From Eledone cirrhosa (taxonomy: Eukaryota): a stretch of 64,000 bases of DNA. Numbering within the stretch: position 1 is the first letter of the stretch; the number at the start of each line of letters is the position of its first letter. The notes under the pieces were generated by a model that did no database searches, had not been told where the DNA came from, and saw only the letters and a list, made by a program, of their open reading frames with translations. Made by a program: the position numbers and the translations under genes. Below, piece by piece: positions 13,328 through 28,500 of this stretch. Location of the stretch: the NCBI GenBank assembly GCA_964016885.1, contig OZ024741.1, forward strand, positions 346,022,001 through 346,086,000, written 5' to 3'.

Positions 13328-14550
13328 GTGACATCGATGGGCAAAAATACTTAGGAGGACAGAGACCAGCGGTCACTAGTAGGTAGAGATATAATCTACG
13401 AGGTGGATGAAAGTCAGATGAAATATAGAACAAATTGATAGAGGAGGCGGCTAAGGAGAAATGTGTTGGAAGAAGGAAATAATGAAAAGCGATGTACAAG
13501 ACAAGTTCATGCACACATCTCCACACTCACCATCTCTTAAACCAGCAAAATGGTTTCGTACGACTGAATTAAGAGTATTAATTTAAATGTGCTAGATTGT
13601 GCAATAGAAAAAAAATCTTTCTTCTTGTATGATATGTGTTTGATGAAATAAACAGAATAGGTAAAGAAAATGAATAACGGGATACCACAACAGACACCAC
13701 AACTTGAGGTCCACTAGACCGGTATTTTCTTTCTCTCACATAGCTTGGGTAGATCCAAGGATAGGCTAAATAGATAGGCTAAATACACTAGTCCAATATG
13801 CTGCTGTTCTGTAGGATTGAAATACTGGTTTCAAGATTTCGAAGCAAGCGTCTTAACCAATCACTCAAGTCTGCATTCACACAATTCGATCTGATAAAGA
13901 AAAAAATAAAGAAGACCTCAGCATAATTTACCTGAAACCCATCGCTTCCCGTCTTGAATAAAAAAAATCTGTTACGTTGGATATTGTGGTCGTATGTATA
14001 CTGCGGTTAAGAAAAAAAAAATGGCAATAATTACAACTGGGATGCCTTTGATCATAGGTCTATTCGATCAGCCACAACAACGACGACGGTGGTGAGTAGA
14101 ACAAAATCAAACCATCTATACTGCCTACATCACGAAGATCAAAGAGAAAAAAAAAACAAAAAAGAAAAAAACAAACAACAACAGCAAAGACAGCAAAATT
14201 TAAAAAAAGCACTAACAATGGCAGTAACATCGTTGCCAACACCACACGTAACAGCTTCGACAATGTGGGGAAGGGAAGTCTCTACAGAGAGGGAGCTGAC
14301 CACAATATTTCTATTGTATCTAGCACGGTCGGCTTGACAAGCGGCTTAATTAGGAAATTAACTATGCTACAACATAAGTTGTTAAACAAAATTTGAAACT
14401 TTGCTTTGGTCGCTCAACTTATTTCTGATCAATTATCGATTAACCATGAAAATGTTTTTTTTTTTTTGTTCTTCTAATCGGCATTGTTGATGTCAACAAT
14501 AGTACCATAACCGATAATAGTATCGCCGTCAACGCCAGCGTTCTTATCAT

Positions 14551-15440
14551 TTGGCTGTATCGGTAGAGGGTCGAACGCCATGCTTTGCAGCATAGAGTTA
14601 CGCCCCTTTATGATCTGAGCTCAAATCCCGCCGAGGTCAACTTTGCTTTTCATCCTTACGGGGTCGATAAAATAAAGTACCAGTAATACACTGGGATAAT
14701 TGCTGGCTTTTGTCCAAAGTAGAAACCATTATTATCGTCATATCCAAGCGTAGTGGATTGGTAGAGTGTCTAGAGCATCGACAAACGCATAACATTATTT
14801 GTTATGCGTTTGTTCGATGCTCTAGACATTATTTGTTCCGGATCTTTACCTCCTGAGTTCAAATCCAGCCGTGGTCAACTTTGTCTTTCAATATTCCAGA
14901 GCCTACATCATAAAGTATCAGCCAAATACTAGCTTCGATATAAGCAACCCTCCCATCCCATTGTTGGCCTTGTGCTTAAATCAGAAGCTATTAGTATCGT
15001 CATGGCCAGGGCGGTAGGTTGGCAGTATCGGTAGGGTGCCGGAAAATATGCTGTGCAGCATAGAGTTACGGACCTTTACGTTCTGAGTTCAAATACCACA
15101 TAGGTTAGCTTTGGTTTTCATCCTTACATAAAATAAAGTACCAGTAATGCACTGAGGTCAATTTAATCACGCCCTCCCCCCAAATTGTTGGCCTCGTGCC
15201 TAAATCAGAAACCATTTAGGGCGGTGGATTGGCATAATCGGTAGAGCGTAGGAAACTATGCTTTGCAACACAGAGTTCCTACCCTTTACATTCTGAGTTC
15301 AAATCCCGCCGAGGTTAGCTTTGCCTTTCATCCTTACGGGATCGATAAAATAAAGCACAAGTAATGCACTGGGGTCAATTTAATCGACTTTTCCCGCCCC
15401 TAAAATTATTGGCCTTGTGCCTAAATCAGAAACCTTTATT
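14551..15440 (+). mobile_element. Cluster of four head-to-tail copies of the major SINE (about 14551, 14748, 15009, 15219)
   Basis: Repeated tggcagtatcggtag / gagttcaaatccc / gcctttcatccttacggggtcgataaaataaagtaccag / ggccttgtgcctaaatcagaaacc modules. Confidence 0.9.
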
Positions 15441-15898
15441 ATCGCCATGGTCGCTGCAGTCGATCCCGTTGTGTTCGTCGTCATCGAAATCATTCGTCAC
15501 CTTTCCTTCATTAACGTCTATCAAACTCATTATTCTGAGTTCCCGTCTTCCTGATTTGTAGAATTATTAGACCGTTGGATTGAATGCTTAGCTAACTTTA
15601 CTTAGCATCATTTACATTCTGATTTGAAATCTCACTAAGGTCGATAAAATAATGGACCAGTCACGTAATTCAATTAACTAGTCTTCTTTGCGGTAATAGT
15701 AACTTTTGTATGTTTGCGCTTACTTTCAGCTCTTGTTACTGTTGATGGTATTATTGGTTCTGCTGCTACTGTTGTTTTTCTTGTTTGTGTTGTGGTTGCT
15801 TTTGTTTACTTGACTTATTTCTATGTTTCTTTAAAGGCCAGTCTCATTCAGTCTGAAGGCGTTTGTGTGTGTGTGGTTCCATATATATATATATACGT

Positions 15899-16079
15899 AT
15901 AGGAAAAGAGTCAGGACCCCGAAGCTGAGCTCCGGCCGTTTCGACAGCTAGATCCGAACAGTTCAGATAGATCTAGCTGTCGAAACGGCCGGAGCTCAAC
16001 CGTCGAGGTCCTGACACTTTTCCTATTACCCACTCTACTACCCTAAGTATTGAGTGCATTATGGTCCACACCCTCTTTG

Positions 16080-16081
<2 letters not shown>
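15899..16081 (+). mobile_element. Miniature fold-back PLE derivative D1 (hairpin plus tail) with 3' half of a hammerhead
   Basis: Arms 15899-15954 and 15970-16026. Tail ttacccactctactaccctaagtattgagt.. is shared with the 34049 and 40491 elements. GAAA cgg..gagctc..ccg TC motif. Confidence 0.8.
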
Positions 16082-16157
<76 letters not shown>

Positions 16158-16205
16158 GAGGAGGTGAGTTTTATTGTAGTACAATGAAGAACTCCGAGGA
16201 TAAAT

Positions 16206-17904
16206 TTCAAGGATCACAAAAACAACTTTCGTACTGAACTACCTTTTAGACTAATCGCCCCCTCTAAATCAGATCTGGGGGTTGTTAGCAAAGCCATCTT
16301 GGATAGAATTATCCCACAGGTTCGTTCTAATTGCTATCTTTCGCTTACAAATATTCAGACATCACCACAGATGAACTTCACATCATTCTCACCGCACGTA
16401 AAACCATCCTAGAGTCCAACAATGAATATTGGACCAGAGCTGATACCTCTAACAACTTTGACATCACAATTGGAGCATCCGATTCATCCCAATTGACAGA
16501 TTTAATTGGTATCTATATTTTGAACTCTTTGAATCGGAAAATTCCTCAACTTCGCGGTGGATTTTATCGTGACGATGGACTTTTTACTATCTTAAATTGC
16601 AAGATAGTTAACCTTAATATTATTAAGAACAATATACGTAATCTCTTTAACCAACATAACTTAAAAATTGAATTTGATAACAACATCAAACTAGCTAATT
16701 TCTTGGATGTATCTCTTAATCTTGACACTGGCCTATATTACCCTTACCATAAAAACAATGAGAATCTAAATTATGTTAATTTTAAATCTAACCACCCCAC
16801 TAATATTAAAAATGCTATAGTTAGTAATATTGGAAAAAGAATATCCAACCTATCATCTAATAAAAACATCTTTGATGCTAACGCCAATTACTATAATAAC
16901 GCGCTTTCTAAAGCCGATTATCCTGATAAAATCAAATATAGTAAAGAAACAAACTCTAGAAGATCTTACAGTAGAATAATAAATCAAGATCATTCCAAAT
17001 ACTTTAATAAAAGACCTAGATACAAAAACATAATCTGGTATAATGCTCCTTTCTCCATCTCTATTAATAATAATATTCCTAAATTATTCTTTAGTGCCTT
17101 AAATAAATGCTTCCCTCCCTCACATATCTATAGTAAAATATTTAACAAACACACTATAAAATTTTCCTATTCGACCTCCTCCAACATCCCCAACATTATC
17201 TCTAAACACAACAATAAAATACTAATTACTAAATCTCTTCCTTCCAACACTGAATATCATAATAATAGTAATAGTACTCCCGACGTCATTGTTAACTCTA
17301 GGCTAATTTCTGCAAACCCAAATACAACGTCAAATGCAACTTCGTTAAATGTTCTTAATCCCAATCTGAATCATGAAACTATTACTCCTATCGTAAATAA
17401 CTTCTCCAATCCAATTCCTTCTATAGATAACACTAGGTCACTTGTTAATAACTCTGTTAATTTCTCTAATCGCAATTGTAATTGCCCTGTTAAAAATAAA
17501 TGTCTTCTCAACAACCATTGTCTTGAAAAAAACTTAATCTATGAATATAAAGTTATAACTGACACCAATTCCTTTAACTATTTTGGCTCCACTTCCACCT
17601 CCTTTAAAGCTCGTCTTTATAATCATCATTCGTCTTTTAAATACCAACTTAAAAGAACCAACATGGCACTCTCAGAACTCATATGGTCCTTGAAAGACAA
17701 AAATATTAACTATAACATCTCTTGGAGGAAGGTTTGTTCTGCTTCTCCATACTTGAATGCCTCTCTATCCAAGACATGTAATCTCTGTTTATGTGAGAAA
17801 TTACCATTATATCTAATTTAGATTCTATAATAAATAGACGCACTGACTTGTTTTCTCTCTGCTTGCATAAATTCCACAGAACATTCCATAAAGTATACAG
17901 CTAA
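16206..17904 (+). pseudogene. PLE family C ORF: RT plus GIY-YIG, internally deleted and frameshifted
   Basis: 16206 FKDHKNNF..RLIAPSKSDLG..SK.ILD, then a jump to ORF 16331 with FDITIGASD (motif B), FYRDDGL (motif C), FLDVSL, SNHP, WYNAPFS, CNCPVKNKCLL..C, IYEY..YFGST..FK.R..NH, CNLCLCEK. Frameshifted end IINRRTDLFSLCLH..YS* at 17904. RT motif A is missing. Confidence 0.92.
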
Positions 17905-19102
17905 TATCTAATACTTTACCAATTTAAAATCCTTTTTCTCAAAGGCACACACATATATATATATATATATTTATTTAAAAATATACCCATCTTTCTACCT
18001 TATTTCAATGTTATTTATTATACATTATATAATACTAGTTACTAATTCTATATCACTCCTATTTATCACTTCCCTTTCTTCCTTTTTTTCCTTTTTTCTT
18101 TTAATTTCTAACCTCTAATCTGTACCTTTTCTTCCTAGATACTTCTCAATTCTCATTATTACTCACCACAATATATCCACTCTTCCTTCTTCCATCCTAT
18201 CGCTGGCCATAAAATTTACTATTAACCTTTTAAATACTTTATAGTATCACCTTGAAAAATCCATCGTAAACATAAACATTTTTTTGACGTTAGATTATTC
18301 ATCCTCAATTCATTATTTTTTCTCCCTTTCATGCTCATCTAACTTTTACATATTACACATCACAACGCATAAAATCAAACTTAAACCCTAACTAATCTCC
18401 TTTATTACATTATATTATTACCATTAGGAAATACTTCATAAACATACATATTTTGATGGTAAGGTCTTCTCCTTAAACACTATCTCCTTCTTTGCTTTCT
18501 GCGCTCACTTGTAAACAAACTATTTACATATATTAATTCATCCACTCTTCTACTTCTTTTAACAATATATCCTTAATTACATTACTATTTTTATATTTTT
18601 TTAATAATACATATCAACAATTTCTTTCCATCGCACATATTATTAAACCCTTCAATATTCAAACCTTAACTTAATATTATTCTTAAATTTTTCTCTTCGT
18701 TAATTTTCAAATTCTTTTAATTTATATATTATCTTCCAACGGTTTTTTAACCTCTCTCTGTAAAACAATATATTTTTCTCAGTTATAAAAGCTATCTCTC
18801 TCTCTCTATCACCCATCTCTCCTCCTATCTCATCCTTCCTTATTATACCCCCCCTCCATTCTTTACTCTCATCCCCTCCTCTTTTTCACCCCCCCCCCTC
18901 AATTTTTTTCAAAATATTACACATCAATCTAAAACTACTTTTCATATGTTGATTTAAAACTGCACTATTCACAAGTGTTTTTAACCTTCATATCATATCT
19001 CCCTATTTTATCTGACGAAAACGCAAATGTCATCGCATGATGAAATTTGTTTTTGAAATGCGCATAATAAAATACATGGAACTCTTTTAACCATCTTTTG
19101 AT

Positions 19103-19104
<2 letters not shown>
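17905..19104 (+). mobile_element. Long pyrimidine/AT-rich 3'UTR/pLTR of PLE C
   Basis: Continuous from the ORF stop to the hammerhead; ends at the (TA)n starting about 19105. Confidence 0.7.
19004..19074 (+). ncRNA. Type I hammerhead ribozyme, family C
   Basis: tattttat CTGACGA [aaacgcaaat..tcatc-gcat-gatga..atttgttttt] GAAA tgcgca TA ataaaata. 8-bp stem I, ATGCGCAT palindrome. Confidence 0.85.
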
Positions 19105-19176
<72 letters not shown>

Positions 19177-19713
19177 TAGTTCTGCAATAAATTAACAAAA
19201 CATACGATATATATATTGATATATCTGAATATGCTTCTTCGTTTATGTGTTTTCCATACATTCTAGTTGGATACTGTTACCAGCTAGATTTACTTTATCT
19301 GGTTCCTGCTTGTGTACTACTGTGCCCTCCTCTTTTATTCTTATACCATCAGATTTCGTCTTTGCTTGTATTTTAATATTTTTCTTCCCTCTCTCTCCAC
19401 CGACATTTTAATTCAATTATTTTCCAACTCGGTACATGAAGAGACCCACAGTCGTTTGTTTCTTTTAAAATTTATTTTTGATATATTTCTTCGAGAACCT
19501 TACACTCGTTTTCATATTCCTCTGTATTTACTAACGCAAAAGAAGAGAACTCGAGTCGTCTTATACAGATTCTCGTGTTTTCTTGAGATTACAATAAATA
19601 ACATGGAATGAGCTCTTTGTTTAGCGAGACCCGTATTCCTACCACTAGTTGATTTGTGATCTTCCTGGTATTTTAAATGTGAACATTCTCTCTCTCTCTC
19701 TCTCTCCCTCTCC

Positions 19714-19832
<119 letters not shown>

Positions 19833-19835
19833 GCA

Positions 19836-19894
<59 letters not shown>

Positions 19895-20067
19895 TTTCTC
19901 ACTCACACACACACACAAAATATCTTTCTTTCTCTCTCTCTATCTCCGTCTGTCTGTCTCTCTTCTCTCCCCCCTCTATCTCTCTCTCTATATATATATA
20001 TAATATATATACATACATATATATATATATATATAGTATATATATACATATTTATATATATTTTTAT

Positions 20068-20321
<254 letters not shown>

Positions 20322-20943
20322 GCATCCATCGATTCTTACATACATTTATATATGACTAATATACACATATATACATATTCATAACCACATACCAGACGTA
20401 TATGTTTACAGATTTATATGTACAGAAAATGTAGAAAATATATGCACAAAGCAAACAGAAAATTGCAAGCTCATCTAGTTATGTGATGTATATTATATAA
20501 CGATCCATTTTTCTACAACTTACGTCAGTTGGAAGAGGCATGCAGTGTGAGAGAGTCATATAATTGGAACCTAATACTAAAGGGCAATTATAGAAATAGT
20601 TACATGCGCAGTCGGCTTTCATTTAGTATTTCTGGTGATTTGAAGGATCAACTGTCGTTAATGACCCTTTTAATTTTAGACCCTGAAACATTTCCTACAT
20701 GGGTATATCATTAGCTGATGGAATAAATCAAGGAAGTTTTTGATCATGGCATAGAATCATTACTGATAAGTTCAAAAGTTATTTAACCTCTTTTATAGTT
20801 CTATCCTTCTATCTCTCCCTCCTTACTAGCCATCCATCCAACTTTCATTCTTAACTCCCTTCCTTCCTTCATCCATTGATTATATACCTTCTTCTCTCCT
20901 TTCCTTTAATCGCATTAGCATTTCTATATTTGCTTACTTTACG

Positions 20944-20987
<44 letters not shown>

Positions 20988-21145
20988 GTTCACACACACA
21001 CACACATATATATATATATACATACATACATGCATACATACATACATACATGCATATACATACATGCATATATATATATATATACATACATATGCATATA
21101 TATATATATACATACATATATATATACATATATATATATATATGT

Positions 21146-21228
<83 letters not shown>

Positions 21229-21253
21229 TATATATATAATATATATATATATA

Positions 21254-21329
<76 letters not shown>

Positions 21330-21814
21330 CACATTATAAATATCCATATACGTATGCATGCATACGTAGACTGTATATTTAAGTCGGGATATTTTCCTTC
21401 CAACAGATAATTTGTGGTTTGGTTTAACATGTAACCAATTTCATCCGAAAGCTATTCTTGTATGCAAATCATTGAATAGAAAATTGAGACACTAGCGATA
21501 TATTAAGTGCAAATTTGACGATAACTTTTCTAACATCTATTACTTACTAACAAGGAGGCCAGATTACTTCAAATTGCAAATGAGCCTCTTGTTTGCTTCC
21601 TTATGCGTTTTAAAACTCTATCGTTACCTAGCTACTTCAACCTCAGCATTGCTATCAAGATTTTCCCTTGCAGCAATTTTCAAGACACAAGAATACAGTT
21701 GCACTTAAGACCCATATGCACGCATGCACGCACACACGCACGCATACACGCGAGCACGTACACGTACTCGTGTATATATGCACATATATATATTAAAAAA
21801 AATATATATATGGT

Positions 21815-21854
<40 letters not shown>

Positions 21855-21855
21855 A

Positions 21856-21910
<55 letters not shown>

Positions 21911-22012
21911 AGGTATATATATATATATATATAAAATATATATATATATACATACATATGTGTTTGTGTGTGTGTGCCTATGCATATATAGATATGTGTA
22001 TATATATGAATG

Positions 22013-22064
<52 letters not shown>

Positions 22065-22157
22065 TTTATATATGCATGTTTATATACATATATATATATA
22101 TATACAAATATGTATATTTATATATACATGTATATATATATAAATATATAAATATAT

Positions 22158-22225
<68 letters not shown>

Positions 22226-23325
22226 ATGCATATATATGGTACTGACTTCAAGAAACATAGAAACACACACATTATACACACAAATGCGCAGCCGCATAGA
22301 TACATGTCTAAACCGAAACCTAACCTGCTCACCATTCCTTATACGATTACGTTCCTTCTAGAAATCCGGTTAATTCACATTTCAAAAAGGTACATAACCA
22401 TTTGTTAATGAAGGTGGTTCAATCCACTAATCATATGTTAATGTGCCTAGAAGAAATATTTAGTTAACGGAAAATCAAATTTTCGGTTCCGACTTCTCTT
22501 TGTACTTATCGCGAAAATTACTGAGTTAAGTCCTCCATCATTGTATTGGAATATGTCAATGTTTACGTCTATATGTTGGTATGTTAGTCAGTTTGTAAGT
22601 ACAGAATTCGTTAATAAAGTGTTGCTGGCTTTTGGCATAATTTTATATTCCCACTTCTTTTATTAAGTAAAATAAAAAAGAACATTTGGTTACAAACATG
22701 CACACACATATGCATATCAATCAATTAATATATATATTTATCTATCCAACTTTATCTAACTATATAATGCCTTAGACGATGTGTTTTAAATACCTCACTA
22801 ATAATACTTCCATCTGTATTGTATTTTGTTTCACTTAGAAGGCTTGATAGTTTTATTTATTTACTCCATACAACATTAACTCCTTTGGACGTTGTGGAAA
22901 AATGTTATTATGACTGAATTGTGTTGTAGAAGTTATAGTCTTACACCTGTCTGTAATCCCTTGCTATGCTACACGTGCATCTAAACATTTTAATATATTT
23001 TTTGTAAAGGCTTAAATCCTTAAGCTTTATTTTGTAATGCACGTTTTCCTCTGTCTCCTATTAATAACTTTCTTAACATCAATTTGTCCACAACTATATA
23101 TGATTTTCACTGTACTTTATTTATCTGCGACCACATGTTTTTCTATTTTACTTTATTTCACTTTATTTTATTGTATTTTATCTGCTCCTATTTTTCATAT
23201 GTTTTCCGCATCAGTTACCTTATATAAATATTAATGCTCACGTTTATCTAACATTTCATATTATGTATCCTCCAAATGTTCGTGTGACAAAGTTTTGATC
23301 TCGTATTTGTGTTTAACTTTTGTTA

Positions 23326-23376
23326 TTAACACCGATGATTCTGGCAATGTGCTAAGATGAAACGATCGTCAGTTAT
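23326..23376 (+). ncRNA. Degenerate hammerhead near a PLE-like terminus
   Basis: taac-a CCGATGA ttct..aagat GAAA cgatcg TC a-gtta. U4>C core change, ACGATCGT palindrome. Followed by an attgagt tail motif and TA run at about 23490. Confidence 0.6.
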
Positions 23377-23588
23377 TAAATGTTTAAAGATTAAACACTA
23401 TTTGATTATTATTTACATTGTATTTCGCTCTGTATTATACTTGTTATTTTACATTGAGTCATTCTCATACTTATAACTGGGTAATATTCATATATATATA
23501 TATATATAGATGTACTTATATCTATTTATGTATATATTCATCTATTTTTTCTATCTTTCTCTTCTCCCCCCTCTCCCCCCTTTCTCTC

Positions 23589-23648
<60 letters not shown>

Positions 23649-24279
23649 ATATATAGTTTAGAAAACGTAAAAGAAACACAAACATAAGGACAATTCCAGC
23701 TCTTCAGCTGTCTGCTGTGGGTCACTGATGTTTTATCGCATTAAAGACAGTACATCTCACCACAGTGCGTTAATAACTAAGAGTTGTTAGGGAAGAAAAA
23801 AGAACAAAAAAAAAACAGAGACGATAGCGAAGATAACGACAGAAAAAGAAAATAAACAGAAGAAAAACATACCGATGGAGAGGAGGAAACATGAGACGGT
23901 AGTACATGTAAGTTTCAGTAACCAAATGGAGAGAAGGAGAAGTTAGTAACCAATGGGAGAGAGGGAGAGGTTAGTAACCATTCGGTTATTGAATAACCCA
24001 ACCGAAAATCTATAATAAATTCAACTGAAAACCAACAGGTGCGTGCGTTTTAACATGACGATCCCAAAGCATATATATATATATTATATATAAATATATA
24101 TATATATATATATGTATAAATATATATATATATATGTATATATAAATGTAGAAGTTCTATTTAAATTGTTGGGATACAACAAGCAAATATTTTTATAACT
24201 GATATAAAACACTCAACAAATTATTGGAGTAAAAATACGATATATTAACAAATGGAAACTATAATTATAAAACCATATT

Positions 24280-24344
24280 TATTTCATTATACATATTTCA
24301 AGGACACCAAGTTAAATTATGGTGTGCTTTCATCAGATAAAATA
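24280..24344 (-). ncRNA. Type I hammerhead ribozyme in a short solo pLTR (about 24145-24425) between TA runs
   Basis: Minus strand: tattttat CTGATGA aag-c-acacca..tggtgt-c-ctt GAAA tatgta TA atgaaata. Stem I resembles family C. Confidence 0.75.
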
Positions 24345-24423
24345 TAATATAGATCAATTTTATAAATAAATAGTGACATACCCTTAAAGAATGCGACCAT
24401 TTCTGTTGGAAGCTCCCGGATAG

Positions 24424-24517
<94 letters not shown>

Positions 24518-24525
24518 ATGTATGC

Positions 24526-24562
<37 letters not shown>

Positions 24563-26234
24563 CCGTACACACAGCATGTAATAGAGCTAATTTATTCGAT
24601 GGCAATTCGTTATTGATGTTTCTTCTACTCGCAATATGCAATCGTCTAGCGATTAATAAATTTGTTACCTCAGCGATTTGGCTAAATGGTGTGCAACTGA
24701 GTAGCGATGGACTGAATCAACATTTTTGTTCGAATAGCTAAACTCTAATACATGTAGTGTATCTACATCAGATTAACCAGAAACATCTGATGGTTAATTT
24801 TGTTCTAGTTTTCACAAAGAGCCTAACTATTTGAGTAGAGCCACGATGATAGACCTACTACCATACCTACATTTCTTCCGGTTTTGTATATCTAAGACTA
24901 CATTGTTTAGTATGCTTTATTGTACTACAATATGTCCATCTTTGTATGTCCAACAGTTTAGGCTTTCTATGTAGGAGATGTTATATGTGATTAGATTTTA
25001 GGCCTGATGATCCCGTCTTTTATCAAACTTTATTGTAGCTTGTATTTATTATTTAAATTATACTTTTATTTTTACGGAGTTAGGGTATGATTTTAACGAG
25101 GTTTTACTGATCTATTTAGTGGATCAAGAAACAAATGAATACACTATTTATGGCCTATTTGATGACTTTTCTGCTTTTGTTTTGTCCCATGTTGATTATC
25201 ATACATAAAACTACATTATCAGCGCAAACCCATTTTCATGTGACATTCCTTGCCACTCCCACCTTCTGTCTCTTCCTCGTTATAAGTGCTTGACCTGAAT
25301 CATCAGAATCATTTTTTTCCTCACGGTGACTACACTTATATCGCAACAATTCACTTAGCTATTGTGAATAGATAAGCTGGGAATAATTAATTTATAATAT
25401 TAATAGCCCATTTTGAAATGAACTACCCTATCTATTTTGAAATGTACTTACCTAATCTATTTTTAATTAATCTTCCATAATCTAATTTTGACTTAACTTA
25501 CATAATTGACATTTTATACTCTATTCAAAAACCAACTTTCCTAATCTATTTTTAATTTGACTTCCGAAATCCAATTTTAACTTAAGATTCATTATCTAAT
25601 TTTAACTTAACGTTCATAATTGTTATTAAAATTTTCGATCTATATTGTATTTTACTTTTAAGTTTTATATTTTATTTCATAAGCGTTCAGAAAGTTTTGT
25701 TTTTAAATCTACCGCTTTTGCCCTATTTTGAATATAAATTAATTAGTTATTAATTACTTAAATTTCATGGTAATTTTTAGTTAAAGTTTTATTGTAATTC
25801 ATTATCTATATTGCAATTAATTAAAGGCTGCAATATTGGACTTTGTCATACGACGAAGATCCCAAATACTTGGGAAGAAATATAAATAAAACTGACCCCG
25901 GTATTTGACGGATAGAGAGTGTATTTACCCCGGAACAACTAAAGGCACATGAGTTCACGTCAGGAATTAAATTCAGAATGTTGATGGATGTAACCCTACC
26001 ACCAGACCTTGAGGAAACAAATTAAAGTTTGTATAAGTTTGTTTCAGAAAACAAAGTTGAATTATACTTACATTAAGACCTTTAAATTATTTGTGTACAT
26101 AGAATTCATATTTGACTAGTGTTTTTATGATTTTTGTTTTTTCTAAATGCTATCATATGGTTATTGCCATTATGTTTGAATAAATTATTTACTTATCTAA
26201 ATCTAAAGTCTGTCTTCAGCCAGAATGCTAATTT

Positions 26235-26477
26235 GACCGGTTTTTATCCCGGTTTCATGGCGTGAAGAGACTGAGACAACAAGACTCCCCCTGGACAGGA
26301 CGCTAGCCCATTGCATGGTTTAAACTCCCAGCTATTGCTGGTACTCATTTTCAGCTGAGTATAGTAGGGAAACGTGAAATGTAGTGTTTTGCACAAGGAC
26401 ACAACACGCAACCCAGGACTCGAACCCACGACATAATGAGCGTAAGTCCAACACCCATACCACTAGGCCACGTGCCA
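26235..26477 (-). mobile_element. Second tRNA-derived SINE family
   Basis: Reverse complement: gtggcctagtggt (A box), gggttcgagtcc (B box), gtgtccttgtgcaaaacact.., aaaatgagtacc, atgggctagcgtcctgtccagggg (V-domain-like), 3' gaaaccgggataa. Confidence 0.8.
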
Positions 26478-27529
26478 TTTACTTGTAGATGATCCCGTAT
26501 CATGTACATCCACGACAAGGCGTGTTACCGAAGTCATCATCATGCCATTCTTACCGCATAGCATATTTAGGATTACATTAGGCAGCACGAGCTTCATATT
26601 CTAAATGATGTGTATGGTTTCAGTGAAACCTGCAGCATTTCTATCACACCAAATATCTGTGTAGATTAATTCGTTGATTCGTGTTATTTTTGATGCTGTT
26701 AAATAGGATAGTTTAATTGCTTAATTGAATGTCAACTGTGTTCAAATCTTTGCTCAAATATGTTCCGTTCGGGAAGGGGACTTCACGACTGTTGTTACAG
26801 AGTCAAGTGCATCTATGATTACGTTATCCAATCTATTCATTTTTTAATACAGTAGGGTGGGACTTAATCTGAACATCACGCAGAAGATCAATTGTCTTTA
26901 TAACTAAAAGGCTTTTAAATGTTCTCTAGCTGACCCCCACAGAAGTTAAATGGTTTAATCCAAAACAACGTTCAGGTATAAAAGAGCAATACATATGAAA
27001 TATTTTATTTATTAGTTATATAGATAGGCACAAGTAATATAATCGCTCAGAATTTGAAAAAAATGCATCATGACTCCCACCACCTCCACCACCACTACCA
27101 GTTCTCTTTCTGACTATATATCCCTCTCTCCATCCCACCTATCTCTCTGTTTCTCTCCTTTCTATCTTGCACACACATACATTTTCATTGTTGCTTTACT
27201 AGCATAACAGATGTTTTACATGAAATGTACATCAGCTTTAATATATTAGATAAATGATTGCTCTCACAGTTCAGTTTGTTGCTGAATCGGGAGACTCTGA
27301 TAGAAGCGTGTGATTGAGTGCATATGCACAAAAACCTACAGCACGATAAAGGAAATACACAAAAAATTCACCAGGATTCCGTGCCCTGAGGCTTCTAATT
27401 ATTTCACTAATTTTTATAACAAATATTTCGGTCTCTTTGATGAAAAGTATTTCTTCTCTATGCTGATTTGTTTGATTCGTTTTTTTTTGTTTGTTGCTGT
27501 TTCATAACCACCTGTTATATATTTTAATA

Positions 27530-27831
27530 TCTATATATATAAAACTAAGGATGTCTGTCTGTGTGTGTGTGAGTTTGAATCCCTAAAACTCGAGAAGCAC
27601 CCAACCAACTGTTTTCAAACTTTACACATGTAATACTTATGTTTCAGGGAGTGTTCTGAGCAAAAATAATTTCAAATTTTGAATGCCCTAGGGACCGCAT
27701 TAGGCGATTTAGCGATCTCTCTCTATAATTCTTAGTCTTTCTCTTTTTAGATAGATACATACATATAACGTCGCGCCCTTATAATATCTGTCTGTATGTC
27801 TAGCTGTCTGCATTACGTCAGTTCCCTGAGG

Positions 27832-27902
<71 letters not shown>

Positions 27903-28500
27903 TGTGAATTTAAATCCCTAAAACTCGAGAAGTACTCAACCGATTTTTTTCAAACTTTATATGTGTATTACTTATGTTTCAGGGAGTGTTATGCACATAA
28001 ATTCAACTTTTTGATCTCCTAAGGCCCCCATTAGGTGAACAATTGTGTTTTTTAAGCTCTTTAGGGGATTTTTGAGGCGTTATATCAGACCGATTTCCTT
28101 GAAATTGTAACTATGTATTTGTCAGTCTCTTCTTCTTACCGTGAGCAAAGAAAATCCAACTTTTTTTATGGCCTAGGTCCGCATTAGGTGAAAAACTTCA
28201 TTTTTTCAGCTTTTTAGGCTTTTTTGAGGCGTTACGTCTAGCCGATTTTTCCCGAAATTTCAAGCCATATTGTGCACATAAAACAAATTCATTTTCTTGA
28301 TCCCCTAGGGCCCGCATTAGGTGAAAACCTGCATTTTTCCTGCTTCATCGAGGAAAATCTTAAAGATTATCCAGCCATCAGAGTATTAGGTTTATTTTCT
28401 TTACATATTGTCAAGGCATGCAGTTTTTCCACGATTAGGTCTGTTGGCAGCCCGCGTTCCAAAATACATTATCCCGTGCAACGCCGGGTACCACTGCTAG
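27530..28500 (+). mobile_element. Non-autonomous Helitron
   Basis: Starts A|TCtatatatataaaa and ends cccg-tgcaacgc-cggg hairpin ..CTAG|T. Internal sub-repeats (ccctaaaactcgagaag; gcattaggtga). Confidence 0.85.
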
